Below are positions 11,884 to 24,521 of a stretch of 64,000 nucleotides of DNA, piece after piece. The DNA is from Picochlorum sp. SENEW3. Lineage: Eukaryota. Under the pieces are notes generated by a model. That model did no database searches, was not told where the DNA came from, and was given only the letters and a program-made list of their open reading frames with translations. A program made the translations under genes and the position numbers. The stretch is taken from positions 992,001 to 1,056,000 of the forward strand of contig CP120457.1 in the NCBI GenBank assembly GCA_034226945.1, written 5' to 3'. Numbering within the stretch: the first letter of the stretch is position 1; each line of letters opens with the position of its first letter.

Positions 11884-14309
11884 CTAACTTTTTGCATATT
11901 TGACACCTGTTTCATTGTCAATGATTATGTTCATTTGCTCACTCCCACCAGGTGGCAGATATGAAAAACTTGAAGAATTGAGCACGTCATCACTCCTGAG
12001 CCTGGAATCTGGTGCGTTTTTCTTTCTTCTTTGCAAGAGAGCTGTAACCTCTCTGACAACCAAACTACTCAAAAGCAGGCCAGCAGCCAAGGCTGATCCA
12101 TAGAGCATGGCAAACACATTGTCAAAGCCTCCTTTGAGTTCTGAAATGTACCCAGTTGCCATTGGACCCAAAGCTGCTCCAATAGATCCCATACCGTCGA
12201 TAATGGCGGTCACAGTAGCTAGCGCTTTCTCGCCCTTCTTCTTGACAGATTCAGATGATCCAAGATCAGCAGAAACTGCTGTTGTGATGAGGGCATATGG
12301 TCCATTCACAAAGAATCCAGCCAGCATCATCAGCAAAATATTCACAGAGAAAGAAATGCTTCCGTATTCTCTATAGAAATAAAGTACAGGGATGGCCACG
12401 TACACAAACGAGCAAGATACGATGGCCGGTGATGCTGAAGCATCTGAAAGAAATCCAGCAACAATGCCACCAATCACTCCACCAACATCAAACAGTATTG
12501 ATAGTTTGCCTGCCTCTTCCGCAGAAAGCGATCTCCCACCAACTTTTGTGGATGAAATATAATATGGAAGCCAGTAGAGGAACGTATACGCCACAAGTTT
12601 GGCGAAAAACAATGTGAAAGCATAAACAGCCACTCCAGGCAACCGCCAGGCAGCAAAAAATGATACACCAGATTTCCCTCTCTCTGATGGAGCCGCTGAA
12701 CCCCCAATAAGAGCAGCCTGCTCATCATCCGATTCGCCCTGCAACATTGGCACAAGAACTTCAATAAAAAATTCCACCTCAGCAACAGATTCACCATACC
12801 ACAACGTACATCAATTGAGTCTCTGTCATCATTCACCATAACCAACGTAGATCCCATGGCTACCATACCATGTTGAGGTCTCCTAATATGATGATGCGCT
12901 TCCATTGATGCTGCCACCTGTGAAGGGACCATTCCATCATGGGTCTCTGCAATATGGGCAAGCCGACGTTCCAATAATTCTTTATCACTTGCAGAAAGTT
13001 GGTTGTCGTCTCCACGTGGTGTCCCCGCTTCAGATGCAGCAAAGCTACCAAGATGACTTCCTGACTGTGGCATGAACCCAATATCTTGTGGTTCTACAAC
13101 CAGGAAACTAAAGATCAGGATCCCAGCAACAATAATGAGCAGCCCTGGTACAATAAACGACCATCCCCATCCATATTGAAGCATCGATGCAGCCATCAGA
13201 GAACCCAAAATATTTCCAACAGATGTATGAGCATTCCAAACCCCCATGATCAGACCTCTCTTTCCATGCCCAAACCAATTTGCCATCACCGTGACAACAC
13301 TAGGCCATCCCGTCGCCTGAACCAAACCTCCAACCAACTGAATGCTGAGGAAATACGGCATCGCATGAATGTCAGCAAAATATGCCACCCCAAATAAACA
13401 GACACACGTGCCACTACCAATCATTCCCCATGTCAGAAACTTTCGAAGATCCAGTCGATCACCCAAATGACCACTGACAAACATGCCAATGGCATACGCT
13501 CCTAAAAACGCCACATCAAGGTCTCCCAAAAGAACATTTCCATTACGAGGATTGTCGAATGGCGCCCATCCAGAACCAGAACTGGTATTACTGTGCTTCC
13601 CATGCTTGTTCTCCTCCCACAGGGCATCCCCAATAATCTCTGCCATCAAACGCCTCCCATTCGAATCATCACCCATATTTGTAGAATCCTTCATCGTCCC
13701 ATGAAGCACACTCTTCACAATAGACGGCGGCTTCCTCGATGCATGGTACGACATGTAACACAAGAATGTCAACACAAGCACAAGCATCCTATTCGCCCTC
13801 AACGACAGCCCTTTCCCTCCTCGAACCCATTTCTCTAATATTCTGTGCCCCAAAGGAGCACTATACTTCCATTCACTCTCCATCTGTCCCTGCAATAACG
13901 TCCTCCTGACAAAATCAGCCTGCCTGTCCTCACTGGTATGAAGAGGTGCAGAATCACCAGTCGCAAGATCAAACACCGAGCTACTGAATGAAACCTTTGC
14001 CTTGTTCGCGCTTCTCTTCAACGGAGTCCTACTCTTCCGCGATCGCTTGGATACTGATGTAAAACCCCCTTGCTGTCCTTCTTCTAATACCCTCACAGAC
14101 GGAGTCTCCACAGAGAAAGGCGCAACCACTCGAGAAGGATCAGACGACGTCCGTGGTATTGAGTCAATACTACTAGCACCACTTCCACTGGATGAATCTC
14201 CGGCACTCGCACTCTGCTCTCGCTGCACTTGTCGCCGACGTGCTCCAAGAGGTCCCGTCCTTTTAAAAGGGGGCTGGTCGTCGTTGGATTCTCCAGCCAG
14301 GGTTAGCGT
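11884..14309 (-). CDS. MFS glycerol-3-phosphate permease (G3Pp/SLC37-like); intron 12739-12809; first exon unresolved
   Basis: Motifs YHASRKPPSIVKS, GHLGDRLDLR, NWFGHGKRGLIMGVWNAHTSVGNI, KLVAYTFLYWLP, NGPYALITTAVSADLG and VTAIIDGMGSIGAA. Confidence 0.93.
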
Positions 14310-14882
14310 CTACTACACTACAATATGTATCAATCTATACGAGTATATCTATATCTTTTGCTCTGTGGGTCAGTATCAGGTACGAGGGTGTCCGTTTTCA
14401 ATGAAAACGAAAGACACGCATAGAGTCAGATCACGGGTATTCGCCCTATGCTATCGCTTTTTTACCCTTGAAAACTATTTTATTTTTCATTCATACACTG
14501 CAGGGTTGGCGTGTGTAGCCTTTACTCGTAATTCCAACATTTTAGTCTACCCCGGCGGGGTTGGTCCAGATCCCACTGGCCAGTGCAAGCACATGTGCTT
14601 GCATATATATGGTAGTAATGCATCCATCGATACGCATATGCGTGCATCATGGCCTAGTTGTGCGTAAAAAGAGAATTTCAATACAGTCTGGGTGATGATT
14701 GTATCATCCATTGTATGTGCTTGATGACGACAAATAGAAGCCTTCTTCTCCCTTGATGGAGAGGAAGGATCCACACACACAATGTGGTGATGTGTGCATT
14801 ACCTGGATCAAGAGTCTTCTCTTTGTACATGAGCAAGATAAACCTATTAAAATCTATTGTATATTTCTAATCAAAAACGATT

Positions 14883-15140
14883 TTAGATGTCTCGGATCCT
14901 GGAGGTGCTGCAACAGGGCTTTTGCTCCCCATCAGGACATTTGGTGCACACGCAGTTGCCATCCTTTATGATTTCCTCAATCGGTACACCCGTCATGATG
15001 GTTCCAACTGTAAACTCCGTGCCGCACTCTGGTGGGCATCCAATAGTTTTCTCATAGATGACAACTGGGGAGCAGACAGCACTGCTCAAGAGCGAAGCAA
15101 TGAGGAAGGCCACGAAAAGCATGGTGTATTTGGACTGCAT
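14883..15140 (-). CDS. Small secreted cysteine-rich protein, 85 aa (paralog 1)
   Basis: Signal peptide MQSKYTMLFVAFLIASLLSSAVC. IGCPPECG..PIEEIIKDGNCxCTxCxDGE is shared with the adjacent paralog. Confidence 0.8.
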   Translation of the reverse strand: MQSKYTMLFVAFLIASLLSSAVCSPVVIYEKTIGCPPECGTEFTVGTIMTGVPIEEIIKDGNCVCTKCPDGEQKPCCSTSRIRDI

Positions 15141-15591
15141 GTCGTACACAAGTAATTCTTTGACGGAGTTATACTGGTCGGTGATGATATTATCATGTTT
15201 TAATTTGTTTCCGGTACCGCTTGGACTGCAGCATAGTTGGAACATCAGAACACATGTGGATGACGCAATCTCTGATGTTTGCATCGAATAAGGCCCTTCT
15301 CTCTCTAGGAGCATTCCTTGGATGTGACGAAAGGATGTCCTGCCAAAGAAATTACCATAGGGTTGTTAGCCAGGCATTTGTACCAAGACTGGTCCAAGCA
15401 ATGGAGCACAAAATCTTATACATCATTGCCAAGAGATGGATTGGGAGGGGTGAGACTGTTACATGAGAAGAAGAATCAATGGGAAAGACACATCATCTGC
15501 ATCTTACCGTACAGTGAACATGGATCATGCATCTTCTCTTTGTACATGACAGTCCAATAGACGATCCTGCTACGATTATCGAAACCTCTAT

Positions 15592-15882
15592 TTAATCAAA
15601 CGTGATGACGTTGCCTGTCGTCTCTGACCCTGGAGCAGCTGCAACCACAATACAGGTTTTCTCTTCCCCATCCTTGCAGTCGGTACACTTGCAATTGCCA
15701 TCCTTGATAATCTCCTCAATCGGCAAATCAGTCGAGATTCTTCCAATGGAGTAACTTTCTCCACATTCTGGTGGGCACCCAATGGATTTTCCGTTGATTG
15801 TCAAGGCGGAGCAGGCAGCGCCGCTCAGGAGCAACGTGGCAAGGAGAAGCACAAAGAACTTGAACACGTAGTTGGACAGCAT
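15592..15882 (-). CDS. Small secreted cysteine-rich protein, 96 aa (paralog 2)
   Basis: Signal peptide MLSNYVFKFFVLLLATLLLSGAAC with the same Cys pattern as 14883-15140. Confidence 0.8.
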   Translation of the reverse strand: MLSNYVFKFFVLLLATLLLSGAACSALTINGKSIGCPPECGESYSIGRISTDLPIEEIIKDGNCKCTDCKDGEEKTCIVVAAAPGSETTGNVITFD

Positions 15883-16179
15883 TTTTTCCAAGTAGATATG
15901 TGAGTGTGGTATTACGTAAGAATTGCGTATTTGATATATGTAGTAGTAGTAGAGTTGAGGTGACAAATGATGACATCTGCCGATGACGGATTGTATCCAT
16001 CCGAGATGCGTCTCAAGAAGAAGCCCAGTCTTGGAAACTTCCTCGGATGTGACGATGGCAATCCTTGGGGGGTCCAGCGCGATAGCATCCTCAGGCAGCC
16101 ACCTGTACGAGGTGGACAAAAATTACATTTTTCACAAAGTGATATATACAGTTATTGAGAGAGCCTTTGATACGCAACA

Positions 16180-16855
16180 ATGCTGAAGAACCCAGAAGAT
16201 GCCCTGCAAACACCCACTGTGGGGAAGGCTGGACTCGAAAGCAAGGGTGTCGAGGGGGATACTCTGAACATCCCTACCCCGACTATTGAGAAGAAAGGTA
16301 CTGTGTTTATGATGTCCGAAGACGTGCGACCTGCTCCGTCATGAATCCAAGAATGAACATGGAGCTTTGTCACCATGGTGGTGGTGGTGTCCTCATCTCA
16401 TTTCTTTTTCTACACGTGCGGGACTATTACTCTTCGCATAGCGTTTACGATGATTATACCCGTATCAAGATCTATGTATATATGTATGTGATGTTGCAGA
16501 TCTGAAAGCAGCCGACAAGCCAAACCTGGTTGATCTGAACAAGGCTCGCAGAGGCCTCCAATCAAGCATGAATGCCCCTGGACTGCAAACATTTAATAAC
16601 CAGTACATGCCATTTGCATCCGGATTTGAACACCAGATTGACGAGATGGTGGCATACAGAAGCTCACGCAAAACCACTGTAAACCCTACGGCAGCTGTGT
16701 CTGATGACGTCAGTTATTACTATGAGCTGGACAATGGACGTGTGACTCCTGCAACAGTTGCTGCCGACCCAACCACATATGAGGAATTCGTCAGGAATAC
16801 ATCCACAGCCAGCTATGGAGGATTCTGGCGTAAAATGCTTAGACCCATTGATTGA
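16180..16855 (+). CDS. Hypothetical protein, ~157 aa; predicted intron 16298-16499
   Basis: CAACAATG start. The AAG|GTACTG donor and TTGCAG acceptor join the 16180 exon in frame with the 16568-16855 ORF. No family recognised. Confidence 0.5.
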
Positions 16856-16884
16856 TAGCACCAACCATCCAATGGAGGATGCTC

Positions 16885-16886
<2 letters not shown>

Positions 16887-16916
<30 letters not shown>

Positions 16917-16945
16917 CTTGTGTGAAAACACATCATCATCATCAT
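16887..16945. repeat. Microsatellites (CTT)11 and (CAT)5
   Basis: Directly visible trinucleotide repeats. Confidence 0.95.
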
Positions 16946-17138
16946 CCATCAAGATGAAGGCCATCAACATGAAGATCCAACGTGTGACCATATTCTATTC
17001 AATAATTTGCATGTTATATCAATCATAGTAGTAGATTGAACTTGAATGTAGAGCTGTTGTCTTGTGACGACACCTTTTTTGTTTGTTTGCTGCTAATCGG
17101 TCCAAAACAATACCTCGGCTTTCAGGAGCAGCAGCAGT

Positions 17139-19505
17139 ATGGGGAGTCTGGACCAATTCTCAAGTAAAGATTTTGATCCAAAGACCTTTATTAATGGGTT
17201 ATGTGAATCAAAACCAGAGGATGCGTCGCTTGATAGGTACGATCGTGACATTTCATGATTGATGTCGTCAATTATATGCTATGAATACGTGCCCGATGAC
17301 GATACTATTTGAATATATACACAGATTTCTTACGGATCATGAGATGAAACTGCATATCGCGGCAGAGGACCTAGGTCTCTACTTGCACGAGGAGTCTCTT
17401 CGTTCCACTGTGAAGCTTCCATCAGCTGCGCGAGAGCTGGCTCGAATCAAAGAGGAAGTATCTGTTGTCAAGATGGGTGTGGAGTCAGCGTTGCGAGGTG
17501 TGGAGTCGAAGAGCCGAGACCACCAGGCGAACGGTGTGTACTTGGAGTTGCAGCAGTTGGTTGAACTGAAGACACGGATGGAGTCTGCAAGGGATACGTT
17601 GCAAGAGGCTGCGAGCTTATCCTCCATGTTCAAGACAATAGATTCTATGCTTCATAGCAATGATTTAGTGCGACTTGCGGATGCGCTGCAGAGATTTAAT
17701 AGAGGCCTGGCGATTGTTGGGGATTCGCTGGTGGAGTTCAAGCGAGGGAGGGACAAGGTGGCCAACTTGGAGGAGAGGGTCCTTGATCTTGCCGTTCAAA
17801 AATTGGATAATGCTCTTAAAGTACAAAATGGGGATCATTGTCGCACTGCCTGCAGCGTGCTGGATCAGCTGGATAGAAGTCAGTTGATAGCCCAGCATTA
17901 TTCCAAAATTCGATCAGAACCTCTCATAGAAGTTTGGGATGGATACTCGCCAGAGAATCCATATGTTTCGTGGATCCCAGGTTTTTATGACGAAGTGTTG
18001 CGTTCTATATCTACAGAGTGCGATTGGTGTGAATCGTACTTGCCAGAGTATTACCCTAGTATTGTCTTGGATATGTTGATTAGCTTTTTCAGGCGTATAG
18101 AAGTTCCGTGCAAAGCGCGTTTGGCTGGGGCGACGTCTCAGTCATCCATATCATCTTTGCAGTCGATTGAGGCTATGGCGCAGTCTGTTGAGTCGACGGC
18201 GGATTTTGTTGATGCGCTGTTTGACTGCCTGCGAGATGCACATGCTCTTGGCAATCAGTTGGGTGAGAAGGATCTTCTCAAAGCTATCATCGTGCCATAC
18301 GATGATGTGTTGAAGAATTACCCAGCGAAAGAATCGAGTCATATGAAGTATACGCTCGAGCATCAAATGGGCTTGGGTATGTTGGTGTACAGATGCCCTG
18401 TTTGTGTCTTGCTGATGTCGTTCATGGTTTTTTTATTTGTCTTGCAGTTACGAAATCGCTCGCAGCAGGTGTTGAATCGAAAGAGGATGTGCTTGAAAAG
18501 TCGTTGGAGATGGTATTTGGCATGGTTGTTGACAGTCTTCAGCGTTGTTTCTCTACAACAAGAGGAACAAGTTTGCCTGAGATTGTCAAGGTTATAGATG
18601 GTGTGCTTGAGACATACATCAGTACTTTGGCTAGGACTGTAAAGCCCGAATTGTTCTACTCTAAAGAAGACTCTAAAGCATCTGTAGTGACTCATGACTT
18701 TGCTGCAATGTTGTTTTTGCCTCCTCTGCTAGCAAAGATTGAGGCACACATGGCAGCTTTGCATGGACAGGTGAAGGACCGTGTCAGGAGCCTGTCGTCT
18801 TTGGTGGAGAAAGATGTCAGCGGAGAACTACTACTTCGAGGATCAGAGTTTCTCAATGTCGCGCGTTTGTCTTGGAACATTGATCTGAAGAGATCAATTG
18901 ATGAGATGTGCTCGAAAGATGATGTTGCATTGTTAGGAAAAGCAGAGGCTTCGCTACAATCGTTGTCTAATCAGATTGATTTAATGATTGAAAAATCATT
19001 TATTGATAAGCTTGAAGAGTATTTTGGAATGTCTCTGCCCAGAGAATATTCTGCAGAACCAAAGGCTGCCACAGACACATTATCATTTTCAGCATATCCG
19101 CTTCAGTATGTCATATCTGCTGGAGAGCAGCTGATGATGTTACCTCAACTCTTTGAGACAGCCTGGGGCTCCAATGAAACTGATGAAAATATGCAAGAAG
19201 ATATGATTGGAGACTGGATTGACAGGCTTGCAGCTTCATCTGCATCACTGTATGCAAAGTATTTAGGGCAGATCACATCGCTGCCCACGGAGAGCTCACG
19301 CCAGCTTACAGCTGACATCGAGTATTTTTGCAACATATTGAGCTCCCTGGGACAGGAAATTCCCGTTTCCCTTAGTGCCTGGCAAGCAGCTTTAGCAGCA
19401 TCTGATTCTGAAGCTATGAAATCACTAATCAGCAGAATTGATGATACGAGTGATGGGCTGGACATTGTCATGCTTGTGTCGAAATTGAGAAATATAGATT
19501 TGTAA
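17139..19505 (+). CDS. COG7: Conserved oligomeric Golgi complex subunit 7; introns 17237-17324 and ~18377-18447
   Basis: N-terminus MGSLDQFSSKDFDPKTFING..LDR|FLTDHEMKLHI. Also KTRMESARDTLQEAA, FSAYPLQYVISAGEQLMMLPQLFE and QLTADIEYFCNILSSLG. Confidence 0.9.
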
Positions 19506-19531
19506 ATAACGTATCCTAGCAAACCTTTTTG

Positions 19532-22500
19532 TCATGTGAAGGTGTCTGCTGTAACATGGACTCGAATTTCAGATGGCTCTTGGTTCTGTGAGGTCTCTGG
19601 ACCATCATCCTTTGTCCCAGGTTTTTCCTTTGGTACTCTTGACTGGCGCCATTTCGAGATCAATCGATACACTCCATATGCAATGAGCGTGACTCCTACA
19701 AATACGACAAAGGAGGATAGCAATAACTGCACCGCAGCCAAGGCTCTCAGACCTGTACTGCTGACATCTGCCCAAGTGCTTGCGCAACCAGAAAGTAGCA
19801 GCAGATTAATGACTGCACATGTTTAGTACCTGTCAAGCCTTGCACAAATGGGAACGATTGATATGCACTGAACCTACCTATTTGAGATGTAATCTCTAGA
19901 TAATTGTCTTCTCTGGTAGCAAATGGCTGAATCCACACAGTAGCAACGAGTAAGAACATGGCAATTGCTTGAGCAATGGTGCCCTGAAGGCTTCCGTTCG
20001 CATTTGGGCTGACAAATACTGGTATAAAGGCAAAGATGAATCTTCGCAACATCTGCACTGTTTCCCAATAGGGTATCCTTCTATTATAAGATCCATAGAG
20101 GAAGCCATAAGATTTGGCAATGATGGGATCGTCAAGTGATTTTCGGTGTCGCCAGATGGTGAGAAAGCAGAAGAGAGGAAAACCCAATGCTAATACAACA
20201 AGCAAGATTGCCCCAGGTATCATGTATCCAATGTATGTTTTTGTAAAATTTCCGTCATCATTGCGTATTTTTATCGAGAAATCATTGGTTAAGAAAGTGC
20301 CGACGTCCAAAGTTTCCCATGAGAACATCTGTAGAGCCAGGAAGCAAGTGCTTGGATATAGCAATGTTATCAACCAATATGCGTTTTTATAGCACCTTAT
20401 TTTTAACCCTTTCAGCCAGGATGTAAATTTGCTTTCGTCTGATGCTTGCTTTTCTCTAGCATCAAGCAACGCGGTGGCTAGTTTATAGACCCCAAAGCAT
20501 AATGCCAGAGCTGCAAATGGGAGAGAGATTTGAATAATCCACGCCATCCAAAAGTTATAGTCCTCTCCAATGATACACTCAGGGGCAATCATGCTTGGAC
20601 CAAAATCAATAAGAGAGAGCCAAGAAAACCCTTCAGAGGTATCTGGGGGCCACAGGATATCATATTGCTTGAGCAGAGAGATTATTTGGAAATGCATGAG
20701 CAACACCTTGACCTTTGAAAGCAAACCAGGGCCAGCTGGATCGCCAAAGTCCCAGCTTCGGGCGAAGAGCAAAATTATTATGATTCCGATTGCGAAAATC
20801 GATAGCGATATGAAAATTTTCGACTTGCCATTCTTATTGCATTCTTGGCACTTGCCTGCAAATTCAAACCATCCATCCTGGCAGACTGCACAGAGAGGAC
20901 CAGCATGACCTTTAGCACAAGACTCGTCACCGCTTTTTGGACCAGCCTTGCAAACGTCGGGGAATCTACATGGGAAAAACTCCAAACTATCATTGCCCGA
21001 TCTCCACCAGTTTTCATCGGACAGTATAGAGTCTCCTCCAGGACAACTTGCTCCTCTCGGGCATGCTTTGCACTGCTTTCCATCCAAATTGAAGGTACCG
21101 TACTGACATCTCAAGCATAAATCTCCCTCACCAGACTCTGTTGGTGAATATCCAGGAGGACAATCGATTATTTGAACAGAGAAAACAGCCGGAGGCAGGT
21201 CCCTGAATGCCAATATTCCGGACAAGTCTTCATTTCGCACTTGGCACCGTATTTCCAAATCGTATGTCTCGCCTATCTGACCAATCAATTGGAGTTGTGA
21301 GAAGTATACAATGCCCTCACTTAGTGGTGACTTGGAACCGACCGCTCGAATCGATGGCGGTTGCATCCCAGCCTGTGGTAGGCTAACGACCCCACACTCC
21401 CCATAGTCAGAGGTGCTGACCTCCCCATAATAATCCACAGCGTGTAGCATGAAAGGGTCAAACAAACTGCCTGACCGAAGTAACGTCGGTACTTCTGACG
21501 CAAAAATTACCTCAATCGCTTCTGTCGCTATGGAAGACGGATCTGAACTTGTGGATATTATGGAGTTTAGTTGCAGTGAGAGCTGCTGCGATTCAAGCCT
21601 CTCCCAATACACATCTAGGCCATTGTCAGCGACGTTGCTGGACATGAAAATGTTGTCCATTGATAGAGGTATCATTGAGCTGAAATTGGTGGAAATGTAA
21701 ATGCCTCCTCCAAGCGATGCAGAATTATTCGCGAATTGCACGTATGTCAAATTTGTACCAGGTATGTCAATGTAGGCTCCACCTCCCAGCCCTCTTGTGG
21801 TATCTTTCTTTGCATTATTTCCGACGATATTGGTATTTTTAATAACTATCATGCTCAGAGGATTGAAACCCGATAGATACATACCAGCACCTGCTGCTTC
21901 AGCTACATTCCACTTAACTTCTGTGTCTTCAAATTTGCCTTCAACGATTGAACACATCTGGTCCACGCAGTTCTCTATTATCCCTACCGCGCCCCCTATT
22001 CCTCCCCTGAAACCTGGATTGCCAGCAGAATTTCTCTCAAAGCTAGTCCTATTGACGTATAATTTGCCGGATTCCATGAATATGGCGCCACCTGTATGCT
22101 GTGCAGAATTTGACACGAATGAACTGTCAAATATTTCCATCGTCGCATTCTTTGTCACAGCTGATGATGAACACGAGCCTTCCAGAATATACTCTTTTTG
22201 CCCAATGACGATAGCGCCACCTTTAAGTGGTATCTGTTGACGATCGCAGGAGCTCCAGCCATTCTCAACAAAAGCAGATGACCTGATAACCAAATCTGTT
22301 CCTTCACCGGCCAGGACTGCTCCACCTACCTCTGCCGCGCCATTTCTATGGAACTGGCTTGATGTAATGTGCAATTTGCAGGGATGTGTGGCATAAATTG
22401 CGCCACCCTCTCGACCTCTGTTCTCACCGAAATAAGAATTCTCAAATTTTGCAGGGACGCTGGACCTGCACCAAATGGCCCCTCCTCGCGATGCTGCAGA

Positions 22501-24296
22501 AAAAACTAGTTCAGTAAATGTCACCCATTGCACAGATTGCTAAAGGACATATTTGTCTTACCTGTGTTATTCCTCATGATTGTCTGGGAGACGAAAACTT
22601 CATTCAATTCGTGCAGGAAAAATGCAGCACCTCGCTCTGCAGTGTTGTTGGCTATTTCAGAGGCGGAGACGTACACATAGGTCTTCTCGGAGGACAAGGG
22701 ACCCTGAGTTGTGATATCAAATGCAGCGCCATATTCATTGGCATAATTATTTGCAATTTTTGAGGCGTTGACGTAAGCTACCCCTCCAAGAACTTTGATG
22801 GCTGCTCCAGCTTTGCCCGCTGAGTTCTTGATGAATTCTGACTCTGTGACTGTTAAATTTGATGAGGTAACCAAAACGCCTCCTCCAAACACCGTGGAAT
22901 GGTTCTGCAAATTCATTCGCATCCCTCAGGACTTGACAATATCAAATTACAATTAATGGAAAACTCATCATACCTCGATGACGCTTGATTTCGATAATGT
23001 CATCGCAGAGCCGAACAAATTGATACCAGCGCCAGTGTTTGCCACAGTATTGTTCCTCACAATGACTCCGTTCAAAGTGCCAGTACTTGCGTCCAGCATG
23101 ATACCGCCACCACCAAATGCCGATATACAATTTTTTATAACACTGTTCTCAATTATAACGCCTGCAGATAAGGCGTAAACTCCGCCACCAAGTCCAGTCC
23201 CTGATGCACATATCCCGAGGTCAATAGATGAGTCAGATATTTCCAGGGTCGCTCCATCCGTGACATGCACTGCTCCTCCTTCATTGGCTCTATTATAATA
23301 AAATAGAGATCCAGAAACGCGAGGTCTCGCCTGTGTACCTTGCACGTAGATCGCTCCGCCCCTGGCAACGCCAGATGTCGCCTGACACCCAACAAAAGCC
23401 ATATCGAGCATTGCTGGAGAGGCTCTGTCAATATTGACACAGCCACCTTCTGCGGCCACTCCCCCGTATATTGTGAATCCCTCTATTATAATCTCAGAAC
23501 TATCGCCAGAAGTAATCGAAAAGGCTCGAGCATTTGATTCGGTACAGTTGATAACGGTGTACTGTGCTCCATTCGTTGTTGTGATTCTGACTGGGCCTGA
23601 ACTGAGGGTGATCCCAACATTCCCATTACCAATATATTCCCCTGCAAGCATTCAAAACACGCAAAATTTTATTTGAAACCATTCTGAGTACTTATGGTGA
23701 CGAATTTTGCACGCACCTGGGGTAGCATAGACTGTCGCTTGTTGGATTTGAGCTTGATTCACAGCATATTGAATTGTCGCGCATGGCCCTGTTAGAAGAT
23801 TGCCACAGCTCTCAAAATCAAATCCTTGTGGGGAAACGATCACTGTATCTTCCTGATCAATGGCTTCCATAGCCAAAGACCGATCAAGAAGATTATCATT
23901 TTCGGAATACACCTCAACCTTGTAGTACATTGAAGTGCCGTTCCAGCCATCAGCAACAATGAATACATCTCCTACCCGGGATGATTCATCAAATGGCACT
24001 AAATCGTAGTCATCAAATGAGAGTGCCGAAGATTTCAAAACGCTGAATCGTAGGTCCGTTACCCCGGACTCGACGCTAGGCCATGAGGCTGGAAAGACAA
24101 TCTGTACAAGCCAAGACGCAATTATTCAGATTGAACGACAAAAATCTTAGCACATCAAACGAGGACTTACGCTCACTAATTGATCTTCTTTTACGGCAAA
24201 TAGCCAATAACTAGGAAGGTCAAAGTACGTAGTACTCGCTCCAACGTAGAGCAAGCCAAGAAGCAGGTAGAGAGTGGTTATGGTCTTTGTCATCAT
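19532..24296 (-). CDS. Large secreted-ectodomain membrane protein: GGA(I/V) beta-helix (Pmp-like) repeats, Cys-rich region and ~7-9 TM domain; multi-exon
   Basis: Signal MMTKTITTLYLLLGLLYVGA. Many FxxNxAxxGGA repeats. Cys-rich CxxCxxGTFN..CKACPRGASCPGG..GHAGPLCAVC. TM region with HFQI, YGFLYGSY..YWETVQMLRR and QPF. Confidence 0.8.
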
Positions 24297-24521
24297 CAAA
24301 CTTTCGTGTCCAATTTCACATACGTTTCTCAGGGTGCTGCTATTTAATTGGATATTGCAATTCATATTTTGATTTCAATACCAGGGAGGCAGGTAAATAG
24401 TCGACTTTTTGGGTGACCACCTGTCCGGTGGTCAAATGTTGGAGACACCAACTGGTGTACGGACATCTGTAATAGATTTCCCATCAGTCTGCCGACAGTT
24501 CAAAAACCTCTTCATTGGAGT

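Noticed and set aside
16664..16945. ORF MMMMMCFHTRRRRRRRRRR..
   Set aside because: Product of (CAT)n and (CTT)n microsatellites read antisense to a better-supported gene.
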